Source: a virus (Duplodnaviria; Caudoviricetes). From it: DNA of 38,755 nucleotides. Location of the stretch: IMG/VR virus record IMGVR_UViG_3300025030_000257, positions 1 to 38,755 of that record; one strand, 5' to 3'. The notes under the pieces were generated by a model. The model was not told the origin of the DNA, did no database searches, and saw nothing but the letters and a program-made list of their open reading frames with translations. Shown here piece by piece: positions 24,986 through 33,948 of this stretch. A program made the translations under genes and the position numbers. Position 1 is the first letter of the stretch. Each line of letters opens with the position of its first letter.

Positions 24986-25590
24986 TATACGCAATAATCG
25001 CCATTCTTTTAATGTCAAATATCTGCCATGCCGCCGATATTAAGCCAGCACTTATAAACACATTTGGACACGAGGGCGGTTTTCAAAGAGATCCCAACGA
25101 TTCAGGCAACTATGCAAATGGAGTTCTGAAAGGGACAAAATACGGCATTGCCGCTGCGTCGTATCCGAAAGAAGACATCCGAAATCTGACACTGGAAAGA
25201 GCGTCTGTAATATACAGCCGTGACTTTTGGGGGGCTTCTCGGTGTGGAGAATGGAAGAGCCAGATTATCGCCAATGACTATTTTGACGCCGCTGTCAATT
25301 TGGGGCAGGGAACCGCTGCCAGGATACTCCAACGGGCTATTAATTACGCTGGCTACCCCGCAAAGCGAATCGCTGTTGATGGGAATATCGGCAAAGCTAC
25401 AGTTGCTCGACTGAACAGTGTCAATCAGGAACTTTTGTATGTCCACATGATAGGGCTTATCCACAACCGATACGTGCAAATAGTAGACGCAAACTCCAAC
25501 AAAGAAAGATATTTGAGCGTATGGGCACGAAGGGTAAAAGGAAATGTCCAGCGGTCTGTAATTGCATACGAAAGTAAAACCAGAAGATAG
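24982..25590 (+). CDS. GH108 endolysin with N-terminal signal peptide
   Basis: HEGGFQRDPNDSG, GTKYGI, IRNLT...IY.RDFW, FDAAVNLG, VDGNIGKAT; N-terminus MIYAIIAILLMSNICHA. Confidence 0.9.
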   Translation: MIYAIIAILLMSNICHAADIKPALINTFGHEGGFQRDPNDSGNYANGVLKGTKYGIAAASYPKEDIRNLTLERASVIYSRDFWGASRCGEWKSQIIANDYFDAAVNLGQGTAARILQRAINYAGYPAKRIAVDGNIGKATVARLNSVNQELLYVHMIGLIHNRYVQIVDANSNKERYLSVWARRVKGNVQRSVIAYESKTRR

Positions 25591-25598
25591 GGGATGAT

Positions 25599-25715
25599 AT
25601 GACCTGCAAAGATTGCCGATTCTGGAACCAGACTAACAGGGGATGCGCTTTGACATGGGCTATCCGTGATTCATGGGGTACCTGCGAAACGTGGACGGCT
25701 AAAAATGGCCGGTAA
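25599..25715 (+). CDS. 38-aa Cys-rich peptide
   Basis: MTCKDCRFW...GC...TCETW. Confidence 0.5.
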   Translation: MTCKDCRFWNQTNRGCALTWAIRDSWGTCETWTAKNGR

Positions 25716-25833
25716 CTCATTCATATTGAAATGCCGGATATGCGGAGAAAAGGCGCTCCACCAGAAAGCGGCGAAGGTGGGCGGGCTGATTATCTGGCAG
25801 GCGGTGTGTCGAAAGCACAGGGAGGAAGCGTGA
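25705..25833 (+). CDS. 42-aa Zn-ribbon-like peptide
   Basis: MAGNSFILKCRICG...VCRKH; GTGA coupling to the next gene. Confidence 0.45.
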   Translation: MAGNSFILKCRICGEKALHQKAAKVGGLIIWQAVCRKHREEA

Positions 25834-26261
25834 ACGGGAAAGTAAAGTACATCGAGGTCAATTACAAATATCGGCTTGCGGAAGCTTATGTTATCCAGAC
25901 CGCAATTCGCCCCATGAAGCACATTGCCACTGATTACGCAATACTCAGCACAGATGGAGTTTTGATAATCGACAAGGGCTTTTCGTGGGATGGTGCCAGC
26001 GGTCCAGCAGTGGATACAAAAAGCATGATTCGGCCGAGCTTATTGCACGATTGCCTTTATCGTTTGATGAAGGATGGTTTACTATCCCTGAAATGGAGAA
26101 AAGCCGCAGACAAGGAATTTAGGCGGATTTACATTGAGGACGCGCAAGGGTGGAAAAAGTGCGTTGCACCGATCCGCGCATGGTGGCTATTCCGTGGAGT
26201 GCGGGATTTTGGCCGAAGCTCGGCAGTCCGTAGCAAGCCAGTAATTTTGGAGGCTCCATGA
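25830..26261 (+). CDS. DUF1353 family protein
   Basis: GTG start after GGAGG; KGFSWDGASGP...SLLHDCLY...ADKEF...GVRDFG. Confidence 0.8.
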   Translation: MNGKVKYIEVNYKYRLAEAYVIQTAIRPMKHIATDYAILSTDGVLIIDKGFSWDGASGPAVDTKSMIRPSLLHDCLYRLMKDGLLSLKWRKAADKEFRRIYIEDAQGWKKCVAPIRAWWLFRGVRDFGRSSAVRSKPVILEAP

Positions 26262-26419
26262 AAATATACTTAATCGCAATATTTACCATTTGCGCCGGTT
26301 GTAGTACAGTGAATTGCAACTTTCACGGCGATTACAACAAAGTTCAGATTGAGCAGCCGAAAACAGTGCAGACTAATCCATCGGTGCAGGCTGATGGTAA
26401 TACAGTTCCTTTGAGGTGA
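26258..26419 (+). CDS. Small lipoprotein, possible o-spanin (not in ORF track)
   Basis: MKIYLIAIFTICAG-CST lipobox-like; GGAGG RBS; in the lysis cluster. Confidence 0.6.
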   Translation: MKIYLIAIFTICAGCSTVNCNFHGDYNKVQIEQPKTVQTNPSVQADGNTVPLR

Positions 26420-26421
26420 TT

Positions 26422-26769
26422 ATGAAAAAACTAATACTGATTCTAATACTACTCCCCACACTGGCATTTGCCGACACAAGCACGTTTACGTTCTCTATTG
26501 CGTCAAGTGCTACAACGGCTACACCTAACCTCCGTATTGCCAAAATGAAACCGGTGATGGCGCAGTTTCCGCAATCGGCGCAGGCGTTTGTGTGGGATGA
26601 AACGTCAAACCACTACCTGACTAAAAGTACCGCTATTTCATACAATAGCGTGCTGACAAAGGTTATCAAGGTACAGGCCGACCAAGACACGAAAGTCTAT
26701 CTCGGCAGCGACTTGACCAATTACATTCTTATCAAAGCGGATATTGATGAACTGATAGTGTTGCGATAG
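26422..26769 (+). CDS. Signal-peptide hypothetical protein
   Basis: MKKLILILILLPTLAFA-D Sec signal (AxA); GAGG RBS. Confidence 0.7.
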   Translation: MKKLILILILLPTLAFADTSTFTFSIASSATTATPNLRIAKMKPVMAQFPQSAQAFVWDETSNHYLTKSTAISYNSVLTKVIKVQADQDTKVYLGSDLTNYILIKADIDELIVLR

Positions 26770-26777
26770 GGGGCGGC

Positions 26778-29375
26778 ATGAGGAAAATACTCTTATTTTT
26801 AACGCTACTCTGCCTTTTGCCTATGCAGGTATGGGCGGCAGCAATCACATCAGCACAATCCGGCAACTGGTCGGCAACAACGACATGGACAGGCGGGGTC
26901 AAACCCGGAGCAGGTGATACCGCTGTAATCGCCACGGGGCATACTGTTGTTGTGGATGAAAATACCACTGTTGGCAGCAATGCCGCCGTTGTCGGCCATG
27001 CTGTTACGATCCAGGCCACTAATTCGACTACATATGGAGTGTTGACTGTCGCCACTGGTGTGACCCTCACGTTGCGGGGTTTTGATTTAACTAACAACAC
27101 CTGCATACGTGTAAACCAATATGCCAAGTTTACCCCTGCGGCTGGGAGTTCAATCCTGTTGGATCTTGCCGCCGATAACGGTAGTACAGTATCAAATAAC
27201 GGCCACATCATCGCTGATGGTGTGACGATCAGCATACCGGCTGCAAAGGTCAAGTGGGATAACGCGGTGACCAGTCAGTCGGCTAACGGGTCAACTATAG
27301 TTTATGACACAGCCACGCCAACAATTTGCATCATGAAAATAAAATTCGGCACTAATTTAGACCCTGGCCCTATCTCAAACGCCGCAAACAACGGTATCGG
27401 CAGTTTTGGAGATACCAGTTTTGTTGTGAATTCATCGAATGTTCTCACCAATCACGTAGCTAGCTATGCCGCCATTGCCAACTATGGTGACTACTATGTT
27501 GACCACGCAAAGGGGATTATTTATTACAGGGTAAATAAAAGTGTTTTCACTACACATACAACCACCTACAGCTACAAATATGCCAACTGGTTTAGCGCTA
27601 GCATCTCCAGCTCTGCAAATACTGTGGGTTCATCTGTATCTATAAAAAATTGCACTATCCGATATATGGGGAGTCAAACGTCACAGTCAACGATGGCGAG
27701 TGGTACGGGCATTTACGCTAAATACAAATACTCACCTGGACTGGACTCGGATCGTAGGGTGGAAATAACGGGAAACACATTTGAATACTGTACCCGTCCC
27801 GTCACGTTAGATACCTGTACTGGGAATTCGGCTAATGTGGTTCCAGTAACGGGTAACACGTTCCGGCATTGTCGGTTTAGCACGTCAAACTACGGTAGCC
27901 TGATCCATGTGCAAACATCACCGTTTGTCAGTTTTTCAAATAACACACTAGATTCTTACTCTCGGTTATTTGCCGATACGGGAGGTACGCAATCCGACAC
28001 AATTTATGTGCGCTATAACACCGGATTTATCGAGTTTGATAATTTCATCCCTCTGAGAACCCACCCAGCGTATTTCGAATACAACACACTATCCGGGTAC
28101 ACCGCATCGTATGATTCTGGCGGATTCATGAACGAGGGAATTGTTACTGGTGCCGCATACTACCGCTATAATAATATGTCCTACGGAAACAGGGTTGTCA
28201 GAATCGGTAATTACATGGTCGTGACAGATAATGTATTTAGCAAAATCTGGCACCATGGCGCGGTTCATCGTTCCATCAACGGGTATTTAACCGGATACCA
28301 ATTTGCTAGAAATATTATATCAGACAGTGATGCGGCAGATATGGGGGGTGGCTGGACTCTCGGATACAATGGCGCTCATTGGATCGACAACGTAGAAATA
28401 GCAAACAATACGTTTGATTCCAGTGTCAGAACGATCAATTTTAACGATGGCGAAACCACTGTTGTCCTCGGCACTCGACTCAAAATCTATAACAACAACT
28501 GCACCAATTCCAAACAGGGGATTTATCGCCCCGCTGATAATGCAACGAATGTAACTAGCATGGCCCTGGCAAGGCTGGATTTTAACAACGACTACGGCAA
28601 CACAACGACACCAACGAATGTTAAACAGGCAACATTTGTTAAATCTGGAGCCGAATACAACACCAACAGCCGCAGCTGCGCAGGAGTTTACCTTTTCGAC
28701 CCATCGTACCCTCTCCCCATGTCGGTGGGTAAAAGTCTGGAACTGGTTGTCTCTGGGACACCGGGAACAGATGCCGCGTATAATCTTTCCTGGGAAGGCG
28801 GTTCAGCACAAAATCTAGTCATACACCAGGGAACAGCAACAGGGGGTGTTGCATCCGTAATCAATGGTAGTACCGGCGCAATCACCACCTATGGAACGCT
28901 TGTAAAATCCGGTGCTGGATGGACAGCTAATCAGTTGATGTCTCAGACGGTTAAAATAGTGAGCGGTACAGGTGCAGGCCAATATGCAATGGTGAAAGCA
29001 AACACAACTGACACACTGACCATAATTCCAATGGTCACAACGGGTGTGTGGGTGGCACCTGATGCAACATCAGTATTTATTATATTTGATTCCGAGGTAT
29101 CGTTAGCGGACGGCGCTAATAGTATCAAAGCTGGTGTGTTTGTACCCGAATTGCCCACAACAGCGGCAACCTACACGGATGCAGATATCAGCATCACTTC
29201 AAACGCACTCGCCGTTGATCCCCAATACAACACATCGTTTGCCCCGCAAAACGCCGCGCTGGATACGTCTGGCTTCGGCGGCACGTATATTGGGGCGCTG
29301 GATTATGTGGCCCCGGCCACCCCATCGGTGGTGACCCGCCGCCCGTTTTCAATGGGATTCACCTTTACATACTAA
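26778..29375 (+). CDS. Large signal-peptide beta-helix protein (G8-like N-domain), probable second spike/depolymerase
   Basis: MRKILLFLTLLCLLPMQVWA signal; ITSAQSGNWSATTTWTGG..PGAGDTAVIATGHTV; many I.GNTF repeats; W.ANQ...VKIVSGTGAGQ...NT.DTLT module. Confidence 0.8.
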   Translation: MRKILLFLTLLCLLPMQVWAAAITSAQSGNWSATTTWTGGVKPGAGDTAVIATGHTVVVDENTTVGSNAAVVGHAVTIQATNSTTYGVLTVATGVTLTLRGFDLTNNTCIRVNQYAKFTPAAGSSILLDLAADNGSTVSNNGHIIADGVTISIPAAKVKWDNAVTSQSANGSTIVYDTATPTICIMKIKFGTNLDPGPISNAANNGIGSFGDTSFVVNSSNVLTNHVASYAAIANYGDYYVDHAKGIIYYRVNKSVFTTHTTTYSYKYANWFSASISSSANTVGSSVSIKNCTIRYMGSQTSQSTMASGTGIYAKYKYSPGLDSDRRVEITGNTFEYCTRPVTLDTCTGNSANVVPVTGNTFRHCRFSTSNYGSLIHVQTSPFVSFSNNTLDSYSRLFADTGGTQSDTIYVRYNTGFIEFDNFIPLRTHPAYFEYNTLSGYTASYDSGGFMNEGIVTGAAYYRYNNMSYGNRVVRIGNYMVVTDNVFSKIWHHGAVHRSINGYLTGYQFARNIISDSDAADMGGGWTLGYNGAHWIDNVEIANNTFDSSVRTINFNDGETTVVLGTRLKIYNNNCTNSKQGIYRPADNATNVTSMALARLDFNNDYGNTTTPTNVKQATFVKSGAEYNTNSRSCAGVYLFDPSYPLPMSVGKSLELVVSGTPGTDAAYNLSWEGGSAQNLVIHQGTATGGVASVINGSTGAITTYGTLVKSGAGWTANQLMSQTVKIVSGTGAGQYAMVKANTTDTLTIIPMVTTGVWVAPDATSVFIIFDSEVSLADGANSIKAGVFVPELPTTAATYTDADISITSNALAVDPQYNTSFAPQNAALDTSGFGGTYIGALDYVAPATPSVVTRRPFSMGFTFTY

Positions 29376-29399
29376 CCTTAAATAATTCCCCTTGCAATC

Positions 29400-29439
29400 G
29401 CCCGGTATGCGCCTCTCCTTCGCTGCCGGGCTTCTTTTT
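29400..29439 (+). terminator. Late operon terminator
   Basis: GCCCGGTAtGCG-cctctcctt-CGCTGCCGGGC then TTCTTTTT. Confidence 0.7.
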
Positions 29440-29441
29440 GC

Positions 29442-29571
29442 CGTAGTCAATGGTAGTCACGAAATTGCTCTCAAACGTAGTATTCATGGGCATGGCAATT
29501 TCAAGGCAGTAAATGAACACGTTTCATTTTCCTATCTATTTTCAGCTACTTAACCCACATTAAAAATTGAC
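29442..29571. other. Putative attP region
   Basis: Non-coding gap downstream of int; tandem GTAGTCA direct repeats (29443, 29453) like arm-type sites; IHF-like TTTCAGCTACTTA. Confidence 0.6.
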
Positions 29572-30579
29572 TCACTGGACAACTTTTCTCATCTTGCCGG
29601 ACTTGTTGGCGAAGTCGACGAGCATATTTAATCCGCGCTCATGGGCTTCCTGGGAGTGTTCGATATAGCGGAGGGTGGTCTGTACTTTCTTATGCCTCAA
29701 CAGTCGCTGAACTAAATGTATATCGCCGGTCATCTTGTACAGGTGATTCGCAGCGCATCTCCTGAATGTGTGCGACGAGATCCGCAGGCCGATGTGTTCC
29801 CCCGCCTGTTTCCATATCTTCCACAGGTACGTGTACGGCTGGCCTTTGGTTCTCCCCTCGAACACCGGGCCGCTTTCCTTTTGGTTCTCTTTCAGCCATG
29901 GGAGGACAGGCGCGGGGATCGGTAACACGTCCTCGATATCAGTTTCTGCCAGCTTATACACTCCATCCTTGATAGACACGTTTTCCCATCTGACATTTCT
30001 GATTTCATTCCACCGCAGGGCGGAAAATAGCATCATGTAAAACATAACGCGATGTACCGGCTTGTCCATTGATTCGATGGCGTCAATGATGCGTTCGAAG
30101 GTCGGGAATACCTGTTTGCGTGGGTTCATCCGCGGGCGCTCTGGTTTGAAGTGCAGCGGGTCACAGTAGTCGCGTTTCCGCATCCATGTTGTGAGCGCCA
30201 GCAGTGCGTTCAGGTCCGTGTGGTAGGTGCAGTTGGCAACGGTGGCGGCGTAGCGGTCAAGTAGTTGCTGATTGAGATCACAGACGCGATAAGAACCGAA
30301 GAAGGGGAGGATGTAATTTCGCATCCTCCGTTCCCGTGTCTGATATGTCGCGCCGGCCAGGTTCTTCTTTGCCCACTCTAGATACCCTTCCGCGATCATT
30401 TCCAAGCGGGGATGTGTCACTGGCTCGGCCTTGAGCTTGCGCTGTTTGATAGCTTGGTCGAGCTGATAGGCCGCGTCAAATCCTTCTACCCTGCGTCGCT
30501 GTGGGGGATGGTTGCGCCCCTGTGGATAGTATTTGACGTAATACCATCCTTCTCTTGTGGGGTGTTTCTCGATGCTCAT
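29572..30579 (-). CDS. int: Tyrosine integrase
   Basis: ALRWNE (R), SHTFR (HxxR), LLRH, TTLRY (Y); N-terminal arm-binding-like beta domain. Confidence 0.9.
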   Translation of the reverse strand: MSIEKHPTREGWYYVKYYPQGRNHPPQRRRVEGFDAAYQLDQAIKQRKLKAEPVTHPRLEMIAEGYLEWAKKNLAGATYQTRERRMRNYILPFFGSYRVCDLNQQLLDRYAATVANCTYHTDLNALLALTTWMRKRDYCDPLHFKPERPRMNPRKQVFPTFERIIDAIESMDKPVHRVMFYMMLFSALRWNEIRNVRWENVSIKDGVYKLAETDIEDVLPIPAPVLPWLKENQKESGPVFEGRTKGQPYTYLWKIWKQAGEHIGLRISSHTFRRCAANHLYKMTGDIHLVQRLLRHKKVQTTLRYIEHSQEAHERGLNMLVDFANKSGKMRKVVQ

Positions 30580-30872
30580 TTGAAGAGTGGCTTGTATCCG
30601 GTCTTGCCGTAATAGTCGATATTTGGCGTTGCTGATTGATTTCTCTCCGGCGTCTTATCATTGTAAGTGGGGCGGTTGGTTCCCTTATTGCCGGAATAGG
30701 GGTTGTAATTGCCCTGTGTGTTGTAATTGTTGTTGTAGGAGTTGTCAGGGGTTGAGCGGTAGTGTGGGGCGACATAGGTTCCGTCTTTACGGGTGTAGCC
30801 CTCCACAAATTGATCCGCATACGCGATTGATGCCATTGATACCAAAGCCATAACTAATATGATTCGTTTCAT
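30576..30872 (-). CDS. Secreted lysogenic-conversion protein
   Basis: GGAGG RBS; Sec signal ...SIAYA-D; VEGYTRKDGTYVAPHYRS...NPYSG motif often seen next to repressor/int genes. Confidence 0.8.
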   Translation of the reverse strand: MKRIILVMALVSMASIAYADQFVEGYTRKDGTYVAPHYRSTPDNSYNNNYNTQGNYNPYSGNKGTNRPTYNDKTPERNQSATPNIDYYGKTGYKPLFK

Positions 30873-31113
30873 AATTCCTCCCTTTTTTTGGTGTGTGACA
30901 CTTTGTGTCCTTGGTGCGTGTTAGATTGAGTATACATTAAAATCGTTGTTCATTAAATTTGAGTGTGTCAAAAAAATGTTTCAGCGATCTACCAAAACTG
31001 TGAGAGGTGTTGTATGGAAGACCAGATCAAGTTAAACCGTATCAAGCGTGTTTTATTGCAAAAGCTACCAGACGCGACAACCGTCCTGATGGTGATGGCA
31101 ATCATTAGTGGGC

Positions 31114-31476
31114 CTATTCCTTTTCGTAATCCGACTCCAACTGCTCTGCCAATCGTTTGTAAAGGTCAGCCTTAAACAGCGACAATCTGCGCCCGTCCAA
31201 CTGATGAATTAAGCTGAGTAGTTCCTGGTCTTCGGGGTGCAACTCAGCTTTTTCTTTTTCAGTATCCGCGAATATTTCCCCTTCGCCGGTTTCCCACCAA
31301 ATACCACTAATCGAATAGTGCGCCCGCAACAAAGAAACCAATGTGTTCGATGGTTCCTTATTGCCGTTTTCAATCTCCGAAATGTAGGAAGCACCCACTC
31401 CGAGCGGTCTTGCAAAATCCTTCTGATTCAATTTAGCGGCCTTTCGTATCGCTATAATTTTATCACCAGTTTCCAT
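31114..31476 (-). CDS. CI-like XRE repressor
   Basis: IRKAAKLNQKDFARPLGVGASYISEIENGNKEPS HTH; WWETGEGE; divergent from a cro/xis-like gene. Confidence 0.9.
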   Translation of the reverse strand: METGDKIIAIRKAAKLNQKDFARPLGVGASYISEIENGNKEPSNTLVSLLRAHYSISGIWWETGEGEIFADTEKEKAELHPEDQELLSLIHQLDGRRLSLFKADLYKRLAEQLESDYEKE

Positions 31477-31480
31477 TAAA

Positions 31481-31542
31481 TCACTCCGTGAAAAATAAAT
31501 TGCAAAAAAGTGATTGACAATATTCACTCAGTGATTTATAAC
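31481..31542 (+). promoter_or_regulatory. Lysis/lysogeny switch: PR promoter and two operators
   Basis: TTGACA(31514)-N17-TATAAC(31537); palindromes TCACTCCGTGA (31481-31491) and TCACTCAGTGA (31524-31534). Confidence 0.8.
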
Positions 31543-31607
31543 GGTATCCACCAAGCAGGAACAAGCCAAAACACATCAAAACGTATCACGTTAAGGAGGT
31601 GATTGCA

Positions 31608-31796
31608 ATGCAAGTGAATACTCAAGTGTACAGCACAAAGGAAGTTTGCGCCCGTTATGGAGTCCATGCCGACACAGTACGGAAGATGTTGAAGAATGGA
31701 ACACTCCGCGCTGGTAAGGCGGGGAAGCAGTTTAGGTTTTCGGCGGAAGAGTGCGACAGGGTTTTTTTGGGGATCGAGCCGAAGGGAAAGCCATGA
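31608..31796 (+). CDS. Excisionase-like / Cro HTH_17 DNA-binding protein
   Basis: AAGGAGG RBS; YSTKEVCARYGVHADTVRKMLKNGTLRAGKAGKQFRF. Confidence 0.85.
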   Translation: MQVNTQVYSTKEVCARYGVHADTVRKMLKNGTLRAGKAGKQFRFSAEECDRVFLGIEPKGKP

Positions 31797-32128
31797 CCTA
31801 TGTTCCGCTACACAAGAAACTTAGCCAGAGTGACAACAAAAGCGAAACGATGCGGTGGTGGTTTAGGGCTTACATGAAACGGAAAAAAGTTTTGTTCCAC
31901 GACGAGGCCGAAAGGCTGTGGTCGAAGCTAAAAAAACACAACACCGGAAGATGGCATCTAACCTTTGATATTTACGTTTATTACGGCAAGAGCTGTTGTG
32001 GTGTCAGAATGTGGAGTACTCATTTTTTCAAAAAGCAAGAACTCAAAGATCGTTTTTTGACAATGCAACGGGTGGTTCAATTGGAAATGGACCTCAAAAA
32101 GAGGGGGGGATTTGGATCATGGGTTTAA
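31793..32128 (+). CDS. Basic hypothetical protein
   Basis: ATGA coupling; AT-rich. Confidence 0.6.
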   Translation: MTYVPLHKKLSQSDNKSETMRWWFRAYMKRKKVLFHDEAERLWSKLKKHNTGRWHLTFDIYVYYGKSCCGVRMWSTHFFKKQELKDRFLTMQRVVQLEMDLKKRGGFGSWV

Positions 32129-32517
32129 TTGAACAAGAAATAATGGAAATAAGGACATTGGCACAAGAGGTGATGAAGGGAACAATATCAGACGCTAAAG
32201 CCTCATTGATGCTTGGGTTTTACAACCAGACCTCAAAGAGAGTTAGTCAAATGATTCAAATTGCTGGTTTGCAAATTAAAGAAGGGAAAAACGGCAAGTC
32301 TTATAATCGGATGGTTGCTTCAAACCTTATTAGTGATGGTGCCGCAATCACAATTGAAAATAAAACGCCCGAAATGGTGAGATGTCCGGAACAAGGGGGT
32401 AGGTGTATCAGCCGGTTGGATTGCCTTGATTACTCCGGTGACGAAAAACACATAACACCATGTCAACAATGTGAACATTTTACCGTAACCCGCAAGCAGG
32501 TTTTTGTAAAGCCATGA
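32119..32517 (+). CDS. Hypothetical protein with C-terminal Cys cluster
   Basis: G-rich RBS; CPEQ...C....C.DYSG......CQQCEH. Confidence 0.65.
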   Translation: MGLIEQEIMEIRTLAQEVMKGTISDAKASLMLGFYNQTSKRVSQMIQIAGLQIKEGKNGKSYNRMVASNLISDGAAITIENKTPEMVRCPEQGGRCISRLDCLDYSGDEKHITPCQQCEHFTVTRKQVFVKP

Positions 32518-32578
32518 CCCTCGCGCTTTTGGCGGCATAATTACATTCCGCCCCAATAACTTAACTAAAGAGGATGAT

Positions 32579-33157
32579 ATGACACAAATATTGAACAGAT
32601 TTAGTGGGGAAGTTATCACCGAGGGGGATATGCCATTACGTGAACTGGTACTGACTTATGTAAAAAATGCTGGTTTAGAAAGAGTCCCCGACCTGCGCGG
32701 TGCCAACCTGTGCGGTGCCAACCTGCGCGATGCCAACCTGTGCGATGCCGACCTGCGCGGTGCCAACCTGTGCGGTGCCAACCTGTGCGGTGCCAACCTG
32801 TGCGATGCCAACCTGTGCGGTGCCGACCTGCGCGATGCCAACCTGCGCGGTGCCAACCTGTGCGGTGCCAACCTGTGCGGTGCCAACCTGTGCGATGCCG
32901 ACTATGGGGATATAAAAATCAAATCTACATCTGCTTTTACCGGACTATACAAATACATCTGTATGCCAATTATCGGAGAGGACGGGAAAGAGTGGATACG
33001 ATTGGGATGCCACATTAGGACGGTAGAAGATTGGGCTGCTGATTTCTGGAACAACCCCGGCGAGTTCCCAAACATCGGGGATATGAAGAGCCAACTTCGG
33101 TGGATGGCATACCAAACATGTCTATCATGGCTGGCATTAAACCGTGTTGAGCCATGA
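32579..33157 (+). CDS. Pentapeptide-repeat protein
   Basis: A(N/D)L(C/R)(G/D) repeats; [11 protein letters not shown]-terminus and IRLGC..RTVEDW C-terminal domain. Confidence 0.9.
   Translation: MTQILNRFSGEVITEGDMPLRELVLTYVKNAGLERVPDLRGANLCGANLRDANLCDADLRGANLCGANLCGANLCDANLCGADLRDANLRGANLCGANLCGANLCDADYGDIKIKSTSAFTGLYKYICMPIIGEDGKEWIRLGCHIRTVEDWAADFWNNPGEFPNIGDMKSQLRWMAYQTCLSWLALNRVEP
32687..32902 (+). repeat. 15-bp tandem repeat, about 14 copies
   Basis: Unit GCC-(A/G)AC-CTG-(T/C)GC-G(G/A)T. Confidence 0.95.
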
Positions 33158-33321
33158 CTCTAGATGAAGAAGATTTCAAAGTAATCGAGCAAATGCTTAA
33201 CGACCTATTCCAGCGTATGACGCAGAAGAAAGAGGTTCAGATAGACGCCGCGTTTCTGGCGTCACTCAGTCAAGACGAATACAACGCAATTATGGAACCA
33301 CGATTCAGGGGGAAAAAATGA
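33154..33321 (+). CDS. 55-aa hypothetical protein
   Basis: [15 protein letters not shown]...; ATGA coupling on both sides. Confidence 0.6.
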   Translation: MTLDEEDFKVIEQMLNDLFQRMTQKKEVQIDAAFLASLSQDEYNAIMEPRFRGKK

Positions 33322-33464
33322 AAATATTTCTTTCACTAGTTCAATTGGCGTGTATCGGCATAAATGTGCCGGGAGCAATACAAGGCCACTACGTTTCGAT
33401 GGTTGGAGTTGTAGTTTGCTCACTCATCGCTGGATTTTCAATCGGATTTAATGCCGAAAGTTAG
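33318..33464 (+). CDS. 48-aa membrane peptide
   Basis: MKIFLSLVQLACIGINVPGAIQGHYVSMVGVVVCSLIAGFSIGF; coupled start. Confidence 0.5.
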   Translation: MKIFLSLVQLACIGINVPGAIQGHYVSMVGVVVCSLIAGFSIGFNAES

Positions 33465-33472
33465 GGGGGAAA

Positions 33473-33712
33473 ATGGGAACCATACACTACGCTAAGTTGT
33501 CTAGTTCCAAACGCCTCCAGAAACTCCACAGGCTACTTTCCACAGGTGCAGAGTACACCACACAAGAGATATCCATCCTTACGGGCACTCAGGCTGTCTC
33601 AGCGGCAATCACGGAGCTACGCCGCAACGGTATATCGGTAAATTGTCGGTTTATCTCACATGACGCGGTATCAGACAGCCGGACGTATGGCTACCAAATG
33701 GAGGGAGTATGA
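33473..33712 (+). CDS. Winged-helix DNA-binding protein
   Basis: TTQEISILTGTQAVSAAITELRRNG. Confidence 0.7.
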   Translation: MGTIHYAKLSSSKRLQKLHRLLSTGAEYTTQEISILTGTQAVSAAITELRRNGISVNCRFISHDAVSDSRTYGYQMEGV

Positions 33713-33948
33713 GCAACAGAATTTTTAGGGACATACTTGTCACGGTAGACGGAGAACCCGGCACAAATGAACTGGTGGATTGCATGGAGGAACTTCAAAC
33801 AATTTTCGATGAACTCAGCGGCAATCACGGACATTCAGTCTTTGCTCAAGTCTATGGGCACTCAGACACTAAATTTAAATTATACCTTACCGGCAAAATA
33901 CTCACCCCTGATCAGGCGAAAAGGATCAGGGCTATTTTGGCTGAATAA
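33709..33948 (+). CDS. Hypothetical protein
   Basis: GGAG RBS; ATGA coupling. Confidence 0.6.
   Translation: MSNRIFRDILVTVDGEPGTNELVDCMEELQTIFDELSGNHGHSVFAQVYGHSDTKFKLYLTGKILTPDQAKRIRAILAE

Noticed and set aside
29572-30579. Integron integrase serving the attC sites
   Set aside because: Lacks the IntI-specific insertion, has an arm-binding-like N-terminus, sits in the standard cI-int-attP position and is far from both arrays.
30963-31175. Plus-strand 70-aa ORF converging on cI
   Set aside because: No clear RBS or motif and overlaps the cI 3' end; cannot be supported.
31535-31546. TTTATAACGGT resembling the attC left core
   Set aside because: It is the -10 box of PR; no downstream hairpin or GTT core.
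32687-32902. Possible CRISPR array or DGR repeat
   Set aside because: Head-to-tail 15-bp units with no spacers, in frame inside a pentapeptide gene; no cas or reverse transcriptase gene in the window.
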